Source: Auanema rhodensis
Taxonomy: Eukaryota > Animalia > Nematoda
DNA: 64,000 nt
Direction of reading: 5' to 3'
NCBI GenBank assembly: GCA_964057225.1
Contig: OZ059900.1
Location: forward strand, 21,514,001-21,578,000
A program made the translations under genes and the position numbers. Of this stretch, positions 54,676-64,000 are shown piece after piece (the stretch's first letter is position 1; each line of letters opens with the position of its first letter). The notes under the pieces were generated by a model. That model was not told where the DNA came from. It was given only the letters and a program-made list of their open reading frames with translations, and did not search any database.

Positions 54676-57600
54676 TGTTACATACTTAAATGAAGCATTT
54701 TACATGCTGAACACTAGAAAAATACAAAAACACAGTATTTCCCATGAGAAATATTTTATTATGCTGGAAAACCACTTTTTGGAAATTTCGCTGTAAACAA
54801 GGTTTTGACTTACGATTTCATGTGTTCAAACTCATGCAATGTCAATGAAACCTAGCTCAAAACTGTTCCTACAACGTCTAGTTCCACTTTCACGACAAAA
54901 AAACAGGGGTTAGAAAATTAAGGAAATTAGCATATTCTGAGGGCACGACCTTTATGGCTAATATTGATTAAATCGATTTTTGTTCATATGAGTCGTCAAA
55001 TGCAACGAATTTCAGCGTGTTACATACTAAAGTGAAGCATTTTACATGCTGAACACTATAAAAATACAAAAACACAGTATTTCCCATGAGAAATATTTTA
55101 TTATGCTGGAAAACCAGTTTTTGGAAATTTCGCTGTAAACAAGGTTTTGACTTACGATTTCATGTGTTCAAACTCATGCAATGTCAATGAAACCTAGCTC
55201 AAAACTGTTCGTACAACGTCTAGTTCCACTTTCACGACAAAAAAACAGGGGTTAGAAAATTTAGGAAATTAGCATATTCTGAGGGCACGCCCCTTATGGC
55301 TAATATTGATTAAATCGATTTTTGTTCATATGAGTCGTCAAATGCAACGAATTTCAGCGTGTTACATACTAAAATGAAGTATTTTACATGCTGAACACTA
55401 GAAAAATACAAAAACACAGTATTTCCCATAAGAAATATTTTATTATGCTGGAAAACCAGTTTTTGGAAATTTCGCTGTAAACAAGGTTTTGACTTACGAT
55501 TTCATGTGTTCAAACTCATGCAATGTCAATGAAACCTAGCTCAAAATTGTTCGTACAACGTCTAGTTCCACTTTCACGACAAAAAAACAGGGGTTAGAAA
55601 ATTAAGGAAATTAGCATATTCTGAGGGCACGCCCCTTATGGCTAATATTGATTAAATCGATTTTTGTTCATATGAGTCGTCAAATGCAACGAATTTCAGC
55701 GTGTTACATACTGAAATGAAGCATTTTACATGCTGAACACTAGAAAAATACAAAAACACAGTTTTTCCCATGAGAAATATTTTATTATGCTGGAAAACCA
55801 GTTTTTGGAAATTTCGCTGTAAACAAGGTTTTGACTTACGATTTCATGTGTTCAAACTCATGCAATGTCAATGAAACCTAGCTCAAAACTGTTCGTACAA
55901 CGTCTAGTTCCACTTTCACGACAAAAAAACAGGGGTTAGAAAATTTAGGAAATTAGCATATTCTGAGGGCACGCCCCTTATGGCTAATATTGATTAAATC
56001 GATTTTTGTTCATATGAGTCGTCAAATGCAACGAATTTCAGCGTGTTACATACTAAAATGAAGTATTTTACATGCTGAACACTAGAAAAATACAAAAACA
56101 CAGTATTTCCCATAAGAAATATTTTATTATGCTGGAAAACCAGTTTTTGGAAATTTCGCTGTAAACAAGGTTTTGACTTACGATTTCATGTGTTCAAACT
56201 CATGCAATGTCAATGAAACCTTGCTCAAAATTGTTCCTACAACGTCTAGTTACACTTTCACGACAAAAAAACAGGGGTTAGAAAATTAAGGAAATTAGCA
56301 TATTCTGAGGGCACGCCCCTTATGGCTAATATTGATTAAATCGATTTTTGTGCATATGAGTCGTCAAATGCAACGAATTTCAGCGTGTTACATACTAAAA
56401 TGAAGTATTTTACATGCTGAACACTAGAAAAATACAAAAACACAGTATTTCCCATGAGAAATATTTTATTATGCTGGAAAACCAGTTTTTGGAAATTTCG
56501 CTGTAAACAAGGTTTTGACTTACGATTTCATGTGTTCAAACTCATGCAATGTCAATGAAACCTAGCTCAAAATTGTTCGTACAACGTCTAGTTCCACTTT
56601 CACGACAAAAAAACAGGGGTTAGAAAATTAAGGAAATTAGCATATTCTGAGGGCACGCCCCTTATGGCTAATATTGATTAAATCGATTTTTGTTCATATG
56701 AGTCGTCAAATGCAACGAATTTCAGCGTGTTACACACTAAAATGAAGCATTTTACATGCTGAACACTAGAAAAATACAAAAACACAGTATTTCCCATGAG
56801 AAATATTTTATTATACTGGAAACCAGTTTTTGGAATTTTCGCTGTAAACAAGGTTTTGACTTACGATTTCATGTGTTCAAACTCATGCAATGTCAATGAA
56901 ACCTAGCTCAAAATTGTTCCTACAACGTCTAGTTCCACTTTCACGACAAAAAAACAGGGGTTAGAAAATTTAGGAAATTAGCATATTCTGAGGGCACGCC
57001 CCTTATGGCTAATATTAATTAAATCGATTTTTGTTCATATGAGTCGTCAAATGCAACGAATTTCAGCGTGTTACATACTAAAATGAAGCATTTTACATGC
57101 TGAACACTAGAAAAATACAAAAACACAGTTTTTCCCATGAGAAATATTTTATTATGCTGGAAAACCAGTTTTTGGAAATTTCGCTGTAAACAAGGTTTTG
57201 ACTTACGATTTCATGTGTTCAAACTCATGCAATGTCAATGAAACCTAGCTCAAAATTGTTCGTACAACGTCTAGTTCCACTTTCACGACAAAAAAACAGG
57301 GGTTAGAAAATTTAGGAAATTAGCATATTCTGAGGGCACGCCCCTTATGGCTAATATTGATTAAATCGATTTTTGTTCATATGAGTCGTCAAATGCAACG
57401 AATTTCATCGTGTTACATACTAAAATGAAGTATTTTACATGCTGAACACTAGAAAAATACAAAAACACAGTATTTCCCATGAGAAATATTTTATTATGCT
57501 GGAAAACCAGTTTTTGGAAGTTTCGCTGTAAACAAGGTTTTGACTTACGATTTCATGTGTTCAAACTCATGCAATGTCAATGAAACCTAGCTCAAAATTG

Positions 57601-60600
57601 TTCCTACAACGTCTAATTCCACTTTCACGACAAAAAAACAGGGGTTAGAAAATTAAGGAAATTAGCATATTCTGAGGGCACGCCCCTTATGGCTAATATT
57701 GATTAAATCGATTTTTGTTCATATGAGTCGTCAAATGCAACGAATTTCAGCGTGTTACATACTAAAATGAAGCATTTTACATGCTGAACACTAGAAAAAT
57801 ACAAAAACACAGTATTTCCCATGAGAAATATTTTATTATGCTGGAAAACCAGTTTTTGGAAATTTCGCTGTAAACAAGGTTTTGACTTACGATTTCATGT
57901 GTTCAAACTCATGCAATGAAAATGAAACCTAGCTCAAAATTGTTCCTACAACGTCTAGTTCCACTTTCACGACAACAAAACAGGGGTTAGAAAATTAAGG
58001 AAATTAGCATATTCTGAGGGCACGCCCCTTATGGCTAATATTGATTAAATCGATTTTTGTTCATATGAGTCGTCAAATGCAACGAATTTCAGCCTGTTAC
58101 ATACTAAAATGAAGCATTTCACATGCTGAACACTAGAAAAATACAAAAACACAGTATTTCCCATGAGAAATATTTTATTATGCTGGAAAACCAGTTTTTG
58201 GAAAGTTCGCTGTAAACAAGGTTTTGACTTACGATTTCATGTGTTCAAACTCATGCAATGTCAATGAAACCTAGCTCAAAATTGTTCGTACAACGTCTAG
58301 TTCCACTTTCACGACAAAAAAACAGGGGTTAGAAAATTAAGGAAATTAGCATATTCTGAGGGCACGCCCCTTATGGCTAATATTGATTAAATCGATTTTT
58401 GTTCATATGAGTCGTCAAATGCAATTAATTTCAGCGTGTTACATACTAAAATGAAGCATTTTACATGCTGAACACTAAAAAAATACAAAAACACAGTATT
58501 TCCCATGAGAAATATTTTATTATGCTGGAAAACGAGTTTTTGGAAATTTCGCTGTAAACAAGGTTTTGACTTACGATTTCATGTGTTCAAACTCATGCAA
58601 TGTCAATGAAACCTATCTCAAAATTGTTCCTACAACGTCTAGTTCCACTTTCACGACAAAAAAACAGGGGTTAGAAAATTAAGGAAATTAGCATATTCTG
58701 AGGGCACGCCCCTTATGGCTAATATTGATTAAATCGATTTTTGTTCATATGAGTCGTCAAATGCAACGAATTTCAGCGTGTTACATACTTAAATGAAGCA
58801 TTTTACATGCTGAACACTAGAAAAATACAAAAACACAGTATTTCCCATGAGAAATATTTTATTATACTGGAAACCAGTTTTTGGAATTTTCGCTGTAAAC
58901 AAGGTTTTGACTTACGATTTCATGTGTTCAAACTCATGCAATGTCAATGAAACCTAGCTCAAAACTGTTCGTACAACGTCTAGTTCCACTTTCACGACAA
59001 AAAAACAGGGGTTAGAAAATTTAGGAAATTAGCATATTCTGAGGGCACGCCCCTTATGGCTAATATTGATTAAATCGATTTTTGTTCATATGAGTCGTCA
59101 AATGCAACGAATTTCAGCGTGTTACATACTAAAATGAAGTATTTTACATGCTGAACACTAGAAAAGTACAAAAACACAGTATTTCCCATAAGAAATATTT
59201 TATTATACTGGAAACCAGTTTTTGGAATTTTCGCTGTAAACAAGGTTTTGACTTACGATTTCATGTGTTCAAACTCATGCAATGTCAATGAAACCTAGCT
59301 CAAAATTGTTCGTACAACGTCTAGTTCCACTTTCACGACAAAAAAACAGGGGTTAGAAAATTAAGGAAATTAGCATATTCTGAGGGCACGCCCCTTATGG
59401 CTAATATTGATTAAATCGATTTTTGTTCATATGAGTCGTCAAATGCAATTAATTTCAGCGTGTTACATACTTAAATGAAGCATTTTACATGCTGAACACT
59501 AGAAAAATACAAAAACACAGTATTTCCCATGAGAAATATTTTATTATACTGGAAACCAGTTTTTGGAATTTTCGCTGTAAACAAGGTTTTGACTTACGAT
59601 TTCATGTGTTCAAACTCATGCAATGTCAATGAAACCTAGCTCAAAATTGTTCCTACAACGTCTAATTCCACTTTCACGACAAAAAAACAGGGGTTAGAAA
59701 ATTAAGGAAATTAGCATATTCTGAGGGCACGCCCCTTATGGCTAATATTGATTAAATCGATTTTTGTTCATATGAGTCGTCAAATGCAACGAATTTCAGC
59801 GTGTTACATACTAAAATGAAGCATTTTACATGCTGAACACTATAAAAATACAAAAACACAGTATTTCCCATGAGAAATATTTTATTATGCTGGAAACCAG
59901 TTTTTGGAATTTTCGCTGTAAACAAGGTTTTGACTTACGATTTCATGTGTTCAAACTCATGCAATGTCAATAAAACCTAGCTCAAAATTGTTCGTACAAC
60001 GTCTAGTTCCACTTTCACGACAAAAAAACAGGGGTTAGAAAATTTAGGAAATTAGCATATTCTGAGGGCACGCCCCTTATGGCTAATATTGATTAAATCG
60101 ATTTTTGTTCATATGAGTCGTCAAATGCAACGAATTTCATCGTGTTACATACTAAAATGAAGTATTTTATATGCTGAACACTAGAAAAATACAAAAAACA
60201 GTATTTCCCATGAGAAATATTTTATTATGCTGGAAAACCAGTTTTTGGAAGTTTCGCTGTAAACAAGGTTTTGACTTACGATTTCATGTGTTCAAACTCA
60301 TGCAATGTCAATGAAACCTAGCTCAAAATTGTTCCTACAACGTCTAATTCCACTTTCACGACAAAAAAACAGGGGTTAGAAAATTAAGGAAATTAGCATA
60401 TTCTGAGGGCACGCCCCTTATGGCTAATATTGATTAAATCGATTTTTGTTCATATGAGTCGTCAAATGCAACGAATTTCAGCGTGTTACATACTAAAATG
60501 AAGCATTTTACATGCTGAACACTATAAAAATACAAAAACACAGTATTTCCCATGAGAAATATTTTATTATGCTGGAAAACCAGTTTTTGGAAATTTCGCT

Positions 60601-63600
60601 GTAAACAAGGTTTTGACTTACGATTTCATGTGTTCAAACTCATGCAATGTCAATGAAACCTAGCTCAAAATTGTTCCTACAACGTCTAGTTCCACTTTCA
60701 CGACAAAAAACAGGGGTTAGAAAATTAAGGAAATTAGCATATTCTGAGGGCACGCCCCTTATGGCTAATATTGATTAAATCGATTTTTGTTCATATGAGT
60801 CGTCAAATGCAACGAATTTCAGCGTGTTACATACTTAAATGAAGCATTTTACATGCTGAACACTAGAAAAATACAAAAACACAGTATTTCCCATGAGAAA
60901 TATTTTATTATGCTGGAAAACCACTTTTTGGAAATTTCGCTGTAAACAAGGTTTTGACTTACGATTTCATGTGTTCAAACTCATGCAATGTCAATGAAAC
61001 CTAGCTCAAAACTGTTCCTACAACGTCTAGTTCCACTTTCACGACAAAAAAACAGGGGTTAGAAAATTAAGGAAATTAGCATATTCTGAGGGCACGACCT
61101 TTATGGCTAATATTGATTAAATCGATTTTTGTTCATATGAGTCGTCAAATGCAACGAATTTCAGCGTGTTACATACTAAAGTGAAGCATTTTACATGCTG
61201 AACACTATAAAAATACAAAAACACAGTATTTCCCATGAGAAATATTTTATTATGCTGGAAAACCAGTTTTTGGAAATTTCGCTGTAAACAAGGTTTTGAC
61301 TTACGATTTCATGTGTTCAAACTCATGCAATGTCAATGAAACCTAGCTCAAAACTGTTCGTACAACGTCTAGTTCCACTTTCACGACAAAAAAACAGGGG
61401 TTAGAAAATTTAGGAAATTAGCATATTCTGAGGGCACGCCCCTTATGGCTAATATTGATTAAATCGATTTTTGTTCATATGAGTCGTCAAATGCAACGAA
61501 TTTCAGCGTGTTACATACTAAAATGAAGTATTTTACATGCTGAACACTAGAAAAATACAAAAACACAGTATTTCCCATAAGAAATATTTTATTATGCTGG
61601 AAAACCAGTTTTTGGAAATTTCGCTGTAAACAAGGTTTTGACTTACGATTTCATGTGTTCAAACTCATGCAATGTCAATGAAACCTAGCTCAAAATTGTT
61701 CGTACAACGTCTAGTTCCACTTTCACGACAAAAAAACAGGGGTTAGAAAATTAAGGAAATTAGCATATTCTGAGGGCACGCCCCTTATGGCTAATATTGA
61801 TTAAATCGATTTTTGTTCATATGAGTCGTCAAATGCAACGAATTTCAGCGTGTTACATACTGAAATGAAGCATTTTACATGCTGAACACTAGAAAAATAC
61901 AAAAACACAGTTTTTCCCATGAGAAATATTTTATTATGCTGGAAAACCAGTTTTTGGAAATTTCGCTGTAAACAAGGTTTTGACTTACGATTTCATGTGT
62001 TCAAACTCATGCAATGTCAATGAAACCTAGCTCAAAACTGTTCGTACAACGTCTAGTTCCACTTTCACGACAAAAAAACAGGGGTTAGAAAATTTAGGAA
62101 ATTAGCATATTCTGAGGGCACGCCCCTTATGGCTAATATTGATTAAATCGATTTTTGTTCATATGAGTCGTCAAATGCAACGAATTTCAGCGTGTTACAT
62201 ACTAAAATGAAGTATTTTACATGCTGAACACTAGAAAAATACAAAAACACAGTATTTCCCATAAGAAATATTTTATTATGCTGGAAAACCAGTTTTTGGA
62301 AATTTCGCTGTAAACAAGGTTTTGACTTACGATTTCATGTGTTCAAACTCATGCAATGTCAATGAAACCTTGCTCAAAATTGTTCCTACAACGTCTAGTT
62401 ACACTTTCACGACAAAAAAACAGGGGTTAGAAAATTAAGGAAATTAGCATATTCTGAGGGCACGCCCCTTATGGCTAATATTGATTAAATCGATTTTTGT
62501 GCATATGAGTCGTCAAATGCAACGAATTTCAGCGTGTTACATACTAAAATGAAGTATTTTACATGCTGAACACTAGAAAAATACAAAAACACAGTATTTC
62601 CCATGAGAAATATTTTATTATGCTGGAAAACCAGTTTTTGGAAATTTCGCTGTAAACAAGGTTTTGACTTACGATTTCATGTGTTCAAACTCATGCAATG
62701 TCAATGAAACCTAGCTCAAAATTGTTCGTACAACGTCTAGTTCCACTTTCACGACAAAAAAACAGGGGTTAGAAAATTAAGGAAATTAGCATATTCTGAG
62801 GGCACGCCCCTTATGGCTAATATTGATTAAATCGATTTTTGTTCATATGAGTCGTCAAATGCAACGAATTTCAGCGTGTTACACACTAAAATGAAGCATT
62901 TTACATGCTGAACACTAGAAAAATACAAAAACACAGTATTTCCCATGAGAAATATTTTATTATACTGGAAACCAGTTTTTGGAATTTTCGCTGTAAACAA
63001 GGTTTTGACTTACGATTTCATGTGTTCAAACTCATGCAATGTCAATGAAACCTAGCTCAAAATTGTTCCTACAACGTCTAGTTCCACTTTCACGACAAAA
63101 AAACAGGGGTTAGAAAATTTAGGAAATTAGCATATTCTGAGGGCACGCCCCTTATGGCTAATATTAATTAAATCGATTTTTGTTCATATGAGTCGTCAAA
63201 TGCAACGAATTTCAGCGTGTTACATACTAAAATGAAGCATTTTACATGCTGAACACTAGAAAAATACAAAAACACAGTTTTTCCCATGAGAAATATTTTA
63301 TTATGCTGGAAAACCAGTTTTTGGAAATTTCGCTGTAAACAAGGTTTTGACTTACGATTTCATGTGTTCAAACTCATGCAATGTCAATGAAACCTAGCTC
63401 AAAATTGTTCGTACAACGTCTAGTTCCACTTTCACGACAAAAAAACAGGGGTTAGAAAATTTAGGAAATTAGCATATTCTGAGGGCACGCCCCTTATGGC
63501 TAATATTGATTAAATCGATTTTTGTTCATATGAGTCGTCAAATGCAACGAATTTCATCGTGTTACATACTAAAATGAAGTATTTTACATGCTGAACACTA

Positions 63601-64000
63601 GAAAAATACAAAAACACAGTATTTCCCATGAGAAATATTTTATTATGCTGGAAAACCAGTTTTTGGAAGTTTCGCTGTAAACAAGGTTTTGACTTACGAT
63701 TTCATGTGTTCAAACTCATGCAATGTCAATGAAACCTAGCTCAAAATTGTTCCTACAACGTCTAATTCCACTTTCACGACAAAAAAACAGGGGTTAGAAA
63801 ATTAAGGAAATTAGCATATTCTGAGGGCACGCCCCTTATGGCTAATATTGATTAAATCGATTTTTGTTCATATGAGTCGTCAAATGCAACGAATTTCAGC
63901 GTGTTACATACTAAAATGAAGCATTTTACATGCTGAACACTAGAAAAATACAAAAACACAGTATTTCCCATGAGAAATATTTTATTATGCTGGAAAACCA
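54676..64000. repeat. 18-monomer HOR/duplication (period 6149 bp): one full copy 54676-60824 and a partial second copy from 60825 to the window end
   Basis: Private variants at +6149 bp: cacgaccttt 54944/61093, aaagtgaag ~55029/61178, actgaaatg ~55710/61859, tgtgcatatg ~56349/62498, ttacacact ~56730/62879, atattaatt ~57012/63161. Confidence 0.9.

Larger units (their letters stand above)
1..64000. repeat. Tandem satellite DNA array, 342-bp AT-rich monomer, ~187.3 head-to-tail copies; probably centromeric/pericentromeric heterochromatin of a eukaryote
   Basis: The motif tgttacatac(t/c) recurs at 1, 343, 685, 1027, 1369, 1711 ... 63560, 63902 (mean period ~341.7 bp). Every line of the window aligns to the monomer. 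No inversions or insertions seen. The array runs off both ends. Chromosomal location is inference. Confidence 0.99.

Noticed and set aside
1-64000. CRISPR array or repeat-spacer system
   Set aside because: There are no unique spacers. The whole 342-bp unit is repeated and no cas or other genes are present.
1-64000. Variant pattern as an information-encoding or programmed diversification system
   Set aside because: The variant combinations are explained by ordinary duplication, deletion and conversion of monomers. No associated enzyme gene or targeted hypervariable site is present.
1-64000. Embedded transposon, inversion or unique island
   Set aside because: Monomer phase is maintained continuously from 1 to 64000 with only 1-2 bp indels, and no strand switch was seen.

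Overview
The whole 64-kb window is one uninterrupted head-to-tail satellite DNA array. It holds about 187 complete copies plus one partial copy of a 342-bp monomer (about 34% GC by my count of monomer 1; some copies are 340-341 bp through 1-bp deletions). Copies differ by only a few percent and all lie in the same orientation. I see no genes, RNA genes, transposons, CRISPR spacers or unique sequence. This organisation is typical of a eukaryotic (peri)centromeric or heterochromatic satellite, but I cannot name the family or species. The informative structure is in the variants. Hand-typing monomers by diagnostic SNPs shows nested higher-order repeats (HORs) and block duplications: a ~9.9-kb 29-mer duplication, 6-, 7-, 8- and 18-mer units, and a block at the window start that recurs 57,410 bp later. 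A central ~25-kb subfamily domain sits between two related flanking domains, and several monomers are chimeric. The monomer is rich in dyad symmetries. I found no evidence for a novel protein-coding or defence system. Monomer typing was done by eye, so block boundaries are good to about one monomer.
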